From: the human T2T-CHM13v2.0 reference genome, Homo sapiens
Assembly: GCA_009914755.4 (NCBI GenBank)
Contig: CP068257.2
Span: 40,640,001-40,704,000, forward strand
Length of the DNA: 64,000 bases
Direction of reading: 5' to 3'
In this document: positions 28,591-44,879 of the stretch, in pieces
How the letters are laid out: every line of letters starts with the position of its first letter
Position numbering within the stretch: the stretch's first letter is position 1
Program-made: the position numbers and the translations under genes
The notes under the pieces: model-generated
Told to the model about the DNA's origin: nothing
Database searches by the model: none
What the model saw: only the letters and a program-made list of their open reading frames with translations

Positions 28591-31500
28591 GTTCCAGGCA
28601 CACAGAAGAACATGGAGAAAAGCAGGTGTCAGAGCTGAGTCTCGGCGAAGTCTCCCATGGGAGATGAACCCAAATCAACAGAACGGGGCCCTGGGATTGA
28701 GCCAGGGCGACCTTCACTCTCCCTGTCTGAGGTCAGTTTTGCCACCCCCCAGTCCTGGGCCCTCCTTGCCATCAGCTACAGGACAAGAGGAGAGGCCGGC
28801 AAGAGTGTGCAGGGCCCCCATGAAGCAGAGGCTTTTCCACCCAGAGACTCAAGAAGCTGCTCCTCCCGAAGCCTGGATGCAGTGCCCCTGGATCCGCCTT
28901 TCAGGGCCCTCCTTCCCATCCCCCGGCCTCCCTGCTTTCATGGGGTGTCGGAAGCACAATCCAATCTCTTTGTCTCGGATAGCCCTCCATCGAGGTCCCA
29001 AAGACCCCTCCAGATGCTGGCCTGCAAGCTGAGGGGCGGCTGTGGGGGCTCCAAGGAGAGACGGTGGAAGTGGTCACTGATACTCGGCGTGGAGGAGGAG
29101 CCAAGAGCTCTGGAGAGGGAGGCGCTGGAGAGAGGGAATTCTGTCTCTCTGACCCAAAATAAGGCCCAAGGACAGAGCAAACGGTGGAGAGGGTCTCGGG
29201 GATCACCGGAGGCCGGGGGAGCAGACGCAGGAGGCGGAGGGCGGAGAGACTTGCTAACACGGAGAGGCCCTGTGGTGAAGTAGAGCTGAGCACACGGGGG
29301 AGCCCTCCATCCTGGCCTCCTGGAACCCACCGGATGGCCTTGGGCCACTGCCTGCTGTGCCCCGAGCCGAGCTTCACCTGTAACGTGGGGACAGGAAGCC
29401 AGGCCCCACCTGCCTTTTGGGGCAGTGCAACCTGAACTGGATGGTTTCTTTAAGGTCTCTGAGCTCGATGGAGCCCATGTGATCCATATGGGAGGGGCTG
29501 TGGGATTGCTTCCCTGCAGCATAAGGCGACAGCCACCAGCCTTTTCCGGGGTAGCTGGTGAAAGTCGCTCTCCCCATGGGCTGGGCGCACAGTGAGTGCT
29601 GCTCAGCAGGCTCCGTGCTGAAGTCACAGCAAGCCAGGCCCTTGGCCTGCCGGAGCTGGAAGACCCAGAACAAGCTGGCATCTTGGTGGAGAATGGAGGC
29701 GCCTCCCAGGAGTAGCTACACGGGACCCGAAGGCAGATGGCACCCATAGGTGTGTGTCCTCGTGGTGCCTGGGCCCTGCCTAAGACACGGCCCGGATGAG
29801 AGCCTCCAGCTATTTTCAACTGGGTTTACAAGGGCAAAAATATCAGCTCATGTGGCTGAATCATCCCTGAGGGGTGAGCCCCTGGCGCCGTCCTCAGATT
29901 CCTCTTCGGCTGGATTGAACAATGCAGAGAGCCCTCCCCACAGGACCTGGAGGCCACGCTGCGTCCTGCACATGCTCCTCACCAGCAGACCCAGCTGTTC
30001 CTCAGCCATGGCACAGGTGCATGCCTCGCCATCGGGCCCACCATCAGGATTGCTTCAGGAGAACAGGGCAGCAACTTTGTGCCTTCACTCACTTCCCTCC
30101 AACCCCCGATGTGCACCTAGGTCAAAGTTCTCTCTCTGTCTCATGGAAACACAATGGGATGGAATGTTCTAGAAGATCATGGAATTTTTGCTGTGTTGTT
30201 CACGGCCTTCCTTAATTCCCAGCAAAGCAGCCTCAGCCCTCCAGAGCCCTCCAGCAAGGCCACTTCCTCAGGAGTGAGGTCTCCAGGGGCAGCCTGGGCT
30301 GCCGAGATCCTCCCTGGAGCGCCCGCCGGGAAGCCCCAGAGGGGCTGGAGCTACAAGTGGCCTTGCAGGTTTTTTGTTTGTTTGTTTAGGGAAAATGTAT
30401 AAATAACTGAGATCATTGTTTGTTCTTTCTGACTAGTCTTTAAAACAGAACCCTTCTGGGTGGCATCACTCCTGAGCGGACACTGGAGAAAGTGGGGTGG
30501 GCCCAGCTCATGGGCAGGGGTGCGGAGGGAAAGGCACCCACAGCGGCCTCCGCTTCCAGCATCCCCTCCGTGAGGGTGGAGGGAGAGAAGAAGATGTGCC
30601 GCATGTGTGGGGCCCCCACAGTGAGCCTGGAAGCACCAGAGCCACTCAGTCGGTCAAGAGCGTCGCCCAGTGGTTCCAGAAGATCTGGAGGCCTCGTCCT
30701 GGGAAGACCAGCAGTCGATGCCAGCTGGGAAGAGGGCTCTGCCCACCTTGCACGCCCCCCACCCACCAGCCTTTTCCAGACAGCCTTCCAGAAGCTGTTT
30801 CTGGGTTGGCGGCCCTCAGAGCCAGGCATCCAGCAGAGGCACCAGGGCTGGGGTGAGGGCATCAGCAAGGAGGTTCAGGACAGGGCTGGAGCCCAGGTCG
30901 GCTGACCCTGTACTGCCACCTGCCCTGGCCTGTCCAGCAGCCGTGCCCCGGTTCTTTCTGTCACCAAAGCTGCACTTTGTACCGACTGTGCATAAATAAT
31001 TCAGAAGCTCAGAGTGGAAATTTTCTTCCTCGTGAGTTTTTCCTCCCTTCAGATGACTTCATCTCCCTAGAGGAGCCGCTGGAGTAGGGTCCGCTTGCTA
31101 TGGCTCCCAGGGGCCGGCCACCACAGGGCTGCCCTGGCAGGGTGGGGACAATAGCTGGGTGAATGCTGGAGGGAGCTCCAGGTGGGCTGTCCCCAGGGTA
31201 GGGAGGCAGGGATGGCAGTGGCTGACCCAGGGCCTGCTTCTGAGATGATGCTGGGGCTGAAAGCAGCACCAAGCCAGCACAGAAATCTGCTGACCTTCGT
31301 GTTCCCTGAGTCGATACAGGATCAATAATCCGGAGCAGACAGGGAGGGCTCCGTGCGCAGTGCCCTGCTTGTTCCTGGCGTGCAGCCTGCTTCCCAGAGC
31401 CTGTGCCGTGGTGTGGCTACCGTGGGTCATGACTGCTTTGAGGGGTACTGCAGATCTGTTTCGTTGCCTTCCTGGCACCTCAGAGACCTTGCTTTCAAGT

Positions 31501-32085
31501 CAAACCTATTTACAAGAACAAAAGTGACTCTGTCCCCCTCCCCGAGAGCCCTGGTGTGTGTGACCGTGTTCCTGCCCTTAATGCCTACCTCAGCGATGAC
31601 AAGAGTGCTGGGAACAGCCCCCACGGACTCCATGCTGCTCTGTGCACTCTGCATCCACTCTTTCAAGTAACCATCACAGCGACCCTCCCCTTCGTTCTGG
31701 GCAGAAACCACCAGAAATTGTGCGTCCTCTCATGTGTCCATTCATCAAGTATTGACTGGACACCTTCTCCGTATGGGGCACTGGGCTAGGCTTAGCAGTG
31801 AGGAACGTGCCCTGGGCACCTGCCAGAGGCCATATGACTGATGAGGATGCAGGCCCTTGTATCTGACCCCAGCACTGTTGCACAGCCTCTGGGCAGTGCA
31901 GAGCCTCTGGGCAGTCTCTGTCCCTCATCAGGACGGCTGATGTGGAAATGGCACCTGCCCCACTTGGCACTGGGCAGCCTGGAGTGGGTTCGACTTGCGT
32001 GGCCTCCACGTGGGCCAGGCACGGTGTGTCCAGCAGGCTGAGGGCGGCTGGCAGGTCTTCCTGCATGGGCCATGGGAGGTGGTGA

Positions 32086-32277
<192 letters not shown>

Positions 32278-32675
32278 TAAGTCAGGAGCATCTGAGCTGG
32301 TGTCCAGGGGCAGGAAGAACCCCCTGTATTCAGCGGTTCTTCCAGGTGACCCTGACATCCTGATGTAGCCTCAGAGGGGGTGAGTTGAGCTCACCCGGCG
32401 GTTCCTCCTTCCATCTGGGACCACTGGGCAGAAGAGCTGACTTATGCCCCCTCTCTCACTCACTCTGTGCTCAGGCCTGCAAGGCTTGTGTTGACCCTGG
32501 GGGTATGGCTTTGGGGGAAACGTCCTTTCACGATGCATATCTCTTCCATGACACCAAGTTCCCCGTGGCTCAGCCACTCTGAGGGCCAAGGTCACGGGAC
32601 GACCTGGGAAACGGTGTGTCTTCAGGTGTGTTCTGGAAACGCCCTGCAGTTTAGCACAGCAGAGGCTCGGAGATG

Positions 32676-32806
32676 CCTGCAGGACAGGATCCTGCCTCGG
32701 TTGCTCACCAGCTCTCTATACCCACGGGCGCTCTGACCCCGCCTGCAGGACAGGATCCTGCCTCAGTTGCTCACCAGCTCTCTATACCCACGGGCGCTCT
32801 GACCCC
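32676..32806. repeat. Near-perfect 66-bp tandem duplication in an ABCG1 intron.
   Basis: The unit cctgcaggacaggatcctgcctc(g/a)gttgctcaccagctctctatacccacgggcgctctgacccc occurs twice in tandem. Confidence 0.9.
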
Positions 32807-33484
32807 TTTCCTGGGTGATGCCCTTTATGTTTGGGGCTCCCTGCGGAATCACTACCCTGGAGTCCTGGATCTGGTGCCCCCAGCCGCAGGTTGAGCTCGC
32901 CTGACTCCTGCATGTGTCCTGTCCAGTTGTCCCAGGCAGGATGGGTGGCCAGGAACCAGGCTTCTCCTGAAATGACTTCAGCCAGACTTTACGTTGTCTC
33001 ATTTCTGCCACTCACTCACCTCTCCAAAGTCCAGCGAGATTTGACAGTAGTGTGACAGCAGCCTTCTGAGGGGGGGATGGCGGGGCTCACTTGTTTCCTT
33101 CTCTTGGGCCTGCACAGTAACAGCCCACAGTGTCTATAAGATACTTCAGGAAAAGAGACCACAATGAACCCTTGAATAGCATCTTGCAGGCTGAATGCCC
33201 TGAGATGGGTGGGCTCCGGGGGACTGCCCAACACACACTGTCCCCCGGGCCTGTCACTTCAGAGTTGAGGGGATGAGAGCAGGAGTAGATCTGAGGGGCT
33301 AGGAAAGGAGAAGAGAGGTCCCCCCAGGACCCTGCTGGACAGTGAAACACCTGCTGGAGTAAAGCCCACCTGGGCTGCAGCAAGGCCACCTTCTATGGGG
33401 TGATGCCCCCATCGCCAGCCCCATAGATGGGAGGTGGGGAGTGGGGGTGGTGACTGCGGGGCACTAGACCACCTGAGGCACAGC

Positions 33485-33790
33485 TGCCTGCCTGGACAGT
33501 TGTGAAGTCCCCCCCCACCCAAATGAGTGGGGAACCCCCACCTCTTTCCCACCTGGACAGTTGTGAAGTACCCCCCACCACCCAGATGAGTGGGGACCCC
33601 CCCACCTCTGTCCCGCCTGGACAGTTGCAAAGTCCCCCCGCCCAGATGAGTGGGGACCCCCCCACCTCTGTCCCGCCTGGACAGTTGCGAAGTCCCCCCG
33701 CCCAGATGAGTGGGGACCCCCCCACCTCTGTCCCGCCTGGATAGTTGTGAAGTCCCTCCCTGCCCAGATGAGTGGGGACCCCCCCCCAGT
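33485..33790. repeat. ~60-bp tandem repeat, about 5 copies.
   Basis: The unit gcctggacagttg(c/t)gaagtccccccgcccagatgagtggggacccccccacctctgtccc recurs. The + strand peptide PPTTQMSGDPPTSVPPGQL is periodic. Confidence 0.9.
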
Positions 33791-34008
33791 CCTGGACTCT
33801 GGCAGCAAGGCTCGCTGGGGTCCCTCCGTTCTTACCAGGAATAAAATGCAACATGCAAAGCCCTGCTGTGTGCCCTGCCACTGAGCAGCAAAACAAACAG
33901 CAAGAGCAGAGCCCGGCCTGGGACGGGGCAGCTGCAGCTGCAGCCCCTGATGCCAAGCCCTCTGGGACAGGAACTCCCTGGACCCCCGGAACCTGGGGCA
34001 GTGGCTAG

Positions 34009-34447
<439 letters not shown>

Positions 34448-34709
34448 CATTTTTGAGAGCGTTTAAGTGCCAGGTTTTGTGAGACTTGTGGAACCACAGG
34501 CAGCGAAGGGGGCTGGGGAGTGGAAGCTGGTGAGCAGAGTCCTCTCTCTGTCCTGGTGGTCGGTCATGGGATCCTGGGTGTCACCAGCATTGTAGAACTT
34601 CATCACCTCCCCTGTTAAAATGGGGGGAGGGGGGACACTTGTTTTCCAGAATTAATAACAGGTTACAGCATTTGCACAGTATCATTTGGTTTATAAATCT
34701 TAGGTTTTG

Positions 34710-35030
<321 letters not shown>

Positions 35031-35269
35031 TTAGGTTTTGATATTAGTCTAAGCAAAAATAGTCACAAAGGGATAAAATGTGTATAGCTCCAAAATTTTT
35101 TCTGAGCAGGGGGTTAGCATGAAAAATAAACAGCAAGCAATATAGTCAAATCATCCTGGCCGTGCGATATTCTTCCCTGGCTTATCGTGGCTTTCCCTTC
35201 AGATGTTAATAGGGCCCTTGGGGGTGATGTAAAGCTCTCAGGAGAGGAAGTGGCTGATCGCTGGGCTGA

Positions 35270-35309
35270 CTGATTGATCGGTTGATTGATTGGTTGATTG
35301 ATTGATTGA
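35270..35309. repeat. (GATT)n microsatellite 64 bp upstream of the ABCG1 exon at 35373.
   Basis: The sequence reads tgattgatcggttgattgattggttgattgattgattga. Confidence 0.9.
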
Positions 35310-35372
35310 GGGCTCCGGTTGCCTTCCGAGGAAGGCAGGGCTTGATCCCTTTTTCTCCTTCCTTTTTTCCAG

Positions 35373-35487
35373 CTTTACGTCCTGAGTCAAGGACAATGTG
35401 TGTACCGGGGAAAAGTCTGCAATCTTGTGCCATATTTGAGGGATTTGGGTCTGAACTGCCCAACCTACCACAACCCAGCAGATTTTG
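35373..35487 (+). CDS. ABCG1: ABCG1 coding exon, 6th in window. Encodes [38 protein letters not shown](V).
   Basis: A pyrimidine-rich acceptor ccttttttccag ends at 35372 and donor gtaagc starts at 35488. The exon ends in phase 1, supplying the G of the next Val codon. Confidence 0.92.
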
Positions 35488-37359
35488 GTAAGCGGAGTCC
35501 TGAGCAGCTCGGGGGACAGAAAGGGGATTTTCCTCCTCTGTGGGTCTCACTTTTAGCTGACGCCCCCAACTCAGAAACCACTTGACTACCACAAATAGCT
35601 CAAGTGTCATCCAGTTATAAAACGTTTAAAGAACAAAAAAATTAGGTTTCATTTCCTCTAGACTCTAGGTAAAATCATCTGGCCAGCCTGTCTCTGCCTC
35701 TCTCCTGTCTCCATGTCCTAATCACCTCCTCTCCTGAGGACAGCAGTCATTGGATTCAGGGCCCACCCTAAGTCCAGGATGATTCATCTCAAGATCCTAA
35801 TTACCTCTGCAAAGATGCTTTTTCAAATAAGGGTGCATAGTGACAGTCCAGGTGGACTTCCCTCCTCCTTCGCCTTCCAGCCATCAGTCTTAATCTGTCG
35901 TTTTTCTTTAAAATATTTGATTCATGCAATTCCCAGGACTCCGTATTTTCTACCACACTATTTCCCAAATTGTGTTCCATGAGACATTGTTCACGGACGT
36001 GCCTCTCACTCACAAGGAGTAGGCTGTGATGGAGAGGAGACAGGGCGAGGGTTGCAGGGAGTGTGGTTTAAGGTGGGACGGGAGCCCCAGGAGGGTTGTG
36101 GTTCTGGTTTCGTGCTCGCTCACAAGGAAGAGTAACAGATCAGTAACGGGTCACTAACAGATGCTGCTGAGTGGGGCAGGGGAGGTGAGGTCTGAAGCCT
36201 GCATGGAGGTGAGAACCTGGAGGGAAGGGCGGGCAGGAAGGAGAGGAAACACGGTGCGTGGGGATGCAGAGAGGTCCTGGAGAGATGAGGGCATTCCCTT
36301 CTGGGGATTTCATTTCCTCAATGTCGTCTGACCAGAGAGCGGGAGGTGAGGGGAGTGTGGCCCACTGTTGAGGGTGTGGGTGACCAGAGGGGCCTGGAAA
36401 CATTGCCTGGCAGTGCTGTAGGCTCGTTTGGAGCCCTTGAGGATGACTTTCCGGTGGGGCCAATGTGTCCTGGTTTGTGGCTTCATCTAGGAGGTGTGGT
36501 GGCCTCCGTACCAGCTGGGAGGAAGCGGGTAGCTGGCTCTGCCAGAGGGAAGTGCGGAAAAGGTAAGGGTGTTGGGGAGCTTTGGGCCTTAGCAAGAACG
36601 TTACTGGAGTGGGAGGCAAGGCATCGCACAGGGAGGACACAGAGGCAGGAGAGGGCAGAGGGGTTGGGAGAAAGCAGATGTAGGCAGAGGGAAGGAGGCC
36701 AGTCACCACGGGAGTGTGGAAGGAGTTGCAGGCTGCAGAGGAAGTCCAGGTGGAGGGAGACCTTAGGGGAGCGAGTCTGCAGGTGGAGTGGGGAGGTGAC
36801 GATTGGGATGCGAGAGGCAGGAGCAGCGGGCAGGGCCGGTGCAGGAGACGCTCACTGGGATCTGAGAGGTGCAGGTTGAGGGTCCCAGGACCTCCAAGTC
36901 CCCAGGGTGCCAGCCACTCATGTGGCGATGGGCACGTCCTTCTCTGCCATCTTGTAGAACTGCCGTGGCTCTCGTCACACCCTGCCAAACCACAAGCTCC
37001 TCAAGGAGGAGTCCCTCAGGGAGGAGTCCTTCGTTCTGCTCCCTTCCCAGCTCCACCTTGGAGGCTGGCCCAGAGCAGGCATTCAGTAAGTACCGGCTGG
37101 ATGAGCAGTCGGTAGATGCAGGAGCTCATTACTTCTCAGACCACTGACAGCACAGTGTGTGTTTGCGTTTCCCGTCTCCTGACATGATAAAGGGCCTTGC
37201 TGGGGGGTTTGAGAGCCGCACGCTGGTTGATAAATGATTTTGACGTCATGCCATTAGCACCGCCACGCAGCATCTATGTAATCGCTTTAAAACATTCCCA
37301 CTTGAATAACGACTTTCGCATTTGGGTGGTTGGGGTGTCCTTCCTGGAGCCCGGGCTGA

Positions 37360-37904
<545 letters not shown>

Positions 37905-37918
37905 TAAAGAAATTCATG

Positions 37919-38205
37919 AGGCCAGGCATGGTGACTCATGTCTGTAACCCCAGCACTTTGGGAGGCCAAGGCAGGCAGATCATTTGAGGCCAGGAGTTCA
38001 GACCAGCCTGGCCAACGTGGGGAAACCCCATCTCTGCTAAAAATACAAAAATTAGCCAGGCCTGGTAGTGCATGCCTGTAATCCCAGCTACTCAGGAGGC
38101 TGGGGCAGGAGAACTGCTTGAACCCAGGGGGGCGGAGATTGCAGTGAGCTGAGATTGCACCACTGCACTCCAGCCTGGGTGACAGAGAGAGACTCCCATC
38201 TGAAA
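37919..38205 (+). mobile_element. Alu SINE, running at its 3' end into a (GAAAG)n purine repeat.
   Basis: The element starts ggccaggcatggtgactcatgtctgtaaccccagcactttgggaggccaagg. Confidence 0.9.
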
Positions 38206-38300
38206 AAGAAAGAAAGGAAAGAAAGGAAGGGAAAGGGAAAGGGAGAAAGGAAGGGAAGGGAAGGAAAGGAAAGGAAAAAAGAAAGAAAGAAAGAAATGCC
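38206..38300. repeat. (GAAAG/GGAAG)n purine repeat abutting the Alu tail.
   Basis: The sequence reads aaagaaagaaaggaaagaaaggaagggaaagggaaaggg and so on. Confidence 0.9.
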
Positions 38301-39325
38301 TGAGCCTGGGGAATTTATAAAGAAAAGAGGTTTAATTGGCTCATTGTTCTGCAGGCTGTGTAAGAAGCATGGCTGGGGAGCCCTCAGGAAACTTTCAATC
38401 ATGGTGGAAGGCAAAGTGGGATGGAGCGCTACACACTTTTAAACATTCAGATCTCACAATAACTCACCCATTGTCATGAGCACAGACCCAAAGGAGAAGT
38501 CCACCCCCATGATCCAATCAGGCCCCATCTCCAACATTGGGGATTACAATTTGACATGAGATTTGGGCGGGGACACAGACCCAAACCATATCACTAAACT
38601 TTCAAATTACTTTTCTTCTATTTGCAATAGTCAGCGTTCACTGTAATGCTGCAGTAACAAACACTCCCATAATGTACGTGTCTCCCTCCATCAATATTTG
38701 TGTCCTGCTTGTGTTAGGGGTGGCAACGGTGGGTTGTATCATGGCTCTGTCCCATAAGTCTTCTCATCCCGGGACAGCTCCTATCTGGACATGCCTTTCT
38801 TCACCATGTCAAAGGAAAAGTGCAAGAGAGAAACCAAATGACAGCCCTTAAAACTTCCAGTTGGAAGTGGCAAATCATCACTTGCACTCACATGCCATTG
38901 GCCTAAACAAGTCACATGGCCGAGCCTGAAACCAGGGCTGTAGGCGAGTCCATTTCTCCTTCAGGAAAGCACTGTGAATCATGAGGATTGGGACGGGGGG
39001 TTGGACAATTCCTTATAGGGAAGGAGGTGGTGAATACGCGGGAACCATACTTCTACCAGAGAAGTGGACAATCTGGCCACCTACTTAGGAGCGGCTGAAT
39101 GCCTGGCATGGCTTCTGGGACCTAATTTGAAAGACAGAGGGGCTCACCGCCGTCCACAGCAGAGTTCTTAGAGCCTCTGATATAGCCACTTTTCCCTCAC
39201 CATTGTTTTTACCTTTCCTCTCTTCTGAGGGTAGACTTCCTTTGTTCTCCATTTTTAAATCTTTTACAAAGGATAGTAATTATGTTGGTTTTAACACAAC
39301 AAAAGCCTGACATGTGTGCATATAT

Positions 39326-39377
39326 GTGTGTGAGCAGGCGTGTATGTGTGTGTGTGAGTGTGTGTGTGTATGTGAGT
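39326..39377. repeat. GT-rich microsatellite-like tract about 170 bp upstream of the ABCG1 exon at 39544.
   Basis: The sequence reads gtgtgtgagcaggcgtgtatgtgtgtgtgtgagtgtgtgtgtgtatgtgag. Confidence 0.85.
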
Positions 39378-39492
39378 CGCTTTAGGGTTTGGCTTGTTTC
39401 TCTGGAGGAGAAGACAGGATAAAGTCTAAGACGTGTTGTCACAGAGTTCAGGGTCCCATGCTTCCAAAGGCCGCATCCGTGTTGTTCTCTGA

Positions 39493-39717
<225 letters not shown>

Positions 39718-40530
39718 TGACAGACCGCTGACCCCTTCTTCCTTATTTTCAATTCCTACCCAAGCATGGGGGCCTGAAGTCACGCCTTGACCAACAGATG
39801 AGTTTTCTAAACACAATGTTTTTGTTTTTTTAAAATATCATCTTCTTTGTTGACAGATGCAAGTTGTATTGTATTTGCTGTTAGATAAGAAAATACAATA
39901 CTTAAGCCAAAGGAATGAATCCCAAATGGAAGACTTTTAAGCATGATGGAAGGCTGATGGGAGGGAGATTTCTCAAAGATTCACTAATTAGGAGCCCCCC
40001 AACTCTACTACTTAAGCATTACCTAGTTCAATTGTTAAGATAGCTCTGCACAGCCCACTTCGGGAGCAGATAAGCTCTCTTAGATGGATATCCACACAAT
40101 TCCAGTTTGTTCACAAGGAGACTGCCCTTGGTCACTTTGGCTGACAGTGAACACAGCGGCTGCTTCTCCAGAACTTTAGCATAAATAGCTCCTCCCTAGG
40201 TACCTCCTCCCCAAGCTTCCCCTGATTTCCAAGAGCAGCTTGCAGCCTTGCTCACAGGAAGGCACCACGTTGATGCAGAGTTTCAGAAGAGGCAGACTCA
40301 GGAAGAGTAAGGCCAGGCATGAATCCTTGCCTTCATCACTAAGATGATGCTTTGTATTCACAGACATGCTCCCCATCCTGATTCTCCACTCAATGACTCT
40401 TCAGGTTATGCAAACGGGTGGCGTTTTTCAGGCTAGCAAAACACATCCTCTGTTTGTTCAATCTCTCAGTGCCCTAGGCCAGAGCTGGGTTACCAGCCGC
40501 TCAGCTCAAGATCGCCTGTTGGGATGTTAA

Positions 40531-41198
<668 letters not shown>

Positions 41199-42054
41199 TG
41201 AGCTACCTTGGCCTGAGCTAGGGGGCTCTGCCACCCCTTCCCCTACTTCTGCCCTGACCCTCCTAGATGGGGTCGTTCCCACGGGAAGGGCCCGCATTGT
41301 CGAGGGTCAGGATCAGCTGGCTTCCACAGTGCGCACAGCGGGCAGCCTCACGTGTGCTGACTGCGTGCTGGGCGCTCTTCCCAGCGCTTCCCAGATCTGA
41401 GCTCCTGTAGCCCCAAGCACAGCCACGCTTAGGTGCTGTGCTGGCCCCATTTTACATAGGGGAGCACTGAGGCCCAGAGAGGCAAAGTGATTTGTCAGGG
41501 GGTCACACAGCTGACTCGGGAGCCAAGCTCCCAACACCTATGCATCACTGCCTCTGTGGGGTTCCCTCGGCCTCTCCATGGGCCCCTTCCTCCTCCCATC
41601 GCCCACCCTGCCCCCCGACCTGCCGCCCACATGCACCTGCAGGTTCTCTACCTCTGTGGCTTTAGGACGCTCGGCCTCAGCCTGTCCTTCTGGACAAAAG
41701 CAGTGTTCCTGGGTGGATTGGGAACACCCGAGGGCCCCAGGGTCCCATGCTGGGTGCAGTGTATTCCTGAGTCACCTCCAGTCCACCATAAGCAAGCTCC
41801 CTGGCCTCCAGGGCCCAGGTGCCCTCACCTTAGATGAGGACTGCCATGGAGCCCATCTCACAAGGCTGCCATGGGACCAAAGATGACACTGCAGGAAGGT
41901 GCCAGGCCCATGCCAGGTGCTGCAACCCGTGTGCCCCAAGGCCAGCCCCAGTGCACCTGCTCAGCCACCCCCAGGACCCCTGCCTAGGGCACTCAGGCTC
42001 CGCAGGGGTCACTAATCAGACCAGGGCTGGGATGCCCCTGTCTGCACGGTTGCA

Positions 42055-43510
42055 CACGGCACACATGCACACACACACTACACACAGACCACACTACACA
42101 CTACACACCACACACTACACACATACCACACTACACACACACCACACTACACACCACACACACTACACACCACACACGGTGCACACCACACACTACACAC
42201 CACACTACACACTACACACCACACACTGCATACACACCACACTACACACTACACACCACACACACACCACACTACACACCATACACTATACACATACCAC
42301 ACTACACAGTACACACCACACACACTACACACCACACAGTACACACTGCACACCACACTACACACTACCCACCACACACTACACACACACCACACTACAC
42401 ACTACACACCACACATACTACACACCACACACTAAACACATACGACACTACACACTACACACCACACACTACACACACACCACACTACACAGTACACACC
42501 ACACACTACACACACACCACACTACACACTACACACCACACACACTACACACATACCACACTACACACACACCACACTACACACCACACACACTACACAC
42601 CACACACGGTACACACCACACACTACACACACCACACACTACACACTACACACCACACACGGTACACACCACACACTACACACACACCACACTACACACT
42701 ACACACCACACACTGCATACACACACTACACACTACACACCACACACACACCACACTACACACCATACACTACACACATACCACACTACACAGTACACAC
42801 CACACACACTACACACCACACAGTACACACTACACACCACACTACACACTACCCACCACACACTACACACACACCACACTACACACTACACACCACACAT
42901 ACTACACACCACGCACTACACACATACCACACTACACACTACACACCACACACTACACACACACCACACTACACAGTACACACCACACCACACACTACAC
43001 ACACACCACACTACACACTACCCACCACACATACTACACACCACGCACTACACACATACCACACTACACACTACACACCACACACTACACACATACCACA
43101 CTACAGAGTACACACCACACTACACACTACACACCACACACACACCACACACACTACACACCACACACTACACATGCACCACACTACACACTACACACCA
43201 CACACTACACATACACCACACTACACACTACACACAAATACTACATACACACACCACACAGTACATACCACATACCACACCCTACACACAAACACACACT
43301 ACACACTACATGCTATGCACACACACCACTCACTGCGCACACAGACTACACACTAGAAACATCACACACTACACACCACACCACACACCACACACTCCAC
43401 ACCACACACCACACACCGCAGACACCACACACACCACACAGCAGACACCGCCCACACCACACACACACTCCACACACACACTCCACACACCCTCCTACCC
43501 CCGACACACT
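42055..43510. repeat. ~1.45-kb CA-rich satellite built from ACACTAC/ACACCAC heptamer-like units, in an ABCG1 intron.
   Basis: Strings such as cacactacacaccacacactacacacataccacactacac continue for ~1450 bp. The 677-aa + ORF 41834..43867 (Thr/His/Tyr-rich) is an artefact of this repeat. Confidence 0.95.
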
Positions 43511-43698
43511 CACAGTGCCCCTGTTGGACCTGTGCTCACTGTGAACCCTGAGTCGCGGCGGTTGCTTCGGTCTCTGGGCTGCCCTCCCGGAGGTGCTGAC
43601 AGGCAGGCGTCCATCCCGCCTGTGAAGGCTGCAGTCCTTCCACTGTGCCCCGACCGAAGGGGTGCCCGCCACACACCTGCCACAGGCCAGGCACTTAG

Positions 43699-44154
<456 letters not shown>

Positions 44155-44453
44155 TAGCGGGCGTGGGGCACGCATGGCGTGGGGACCGAGGGTGACGGGG
44201 GAAGAACCGTCTCCAACAGCGTGAGGGGCTCACAAAAGCCACTCTGGGCTGCTGGCCAAGAGCAGATTACACATCTGAGGATCCAGGCCTTCCATCTTCC
44301 TGCTAGTTCCACCTCCTCCTACCCTCACCAACACACACACACTAAACAAGGAGGCCACACAAACCAGCGCTTCACACCCGGAGAGCCATGGCAGGCCCAA
44401 GTGTTCTGGACGTTGCCGAGAGCTGCCTTCGGTGGAAGCGCTTCCATCTTTTA

Positions 44454-44879
<426 letters not shown>

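Noticed and set aside
36140-36988. A 282-aa minus-strand ORF and the overlapping 177-aa + ORF in the intron between the ABCG1 exons at 35487 and 37382.
   Set aside because: The peptides are low-complexity and Pro/Ser/Leu-rich, with no recognisable domain. The sequence is GC-rich and purine-run intronic DNA. ORFs on both strands overlapping is typical of compositional bias.
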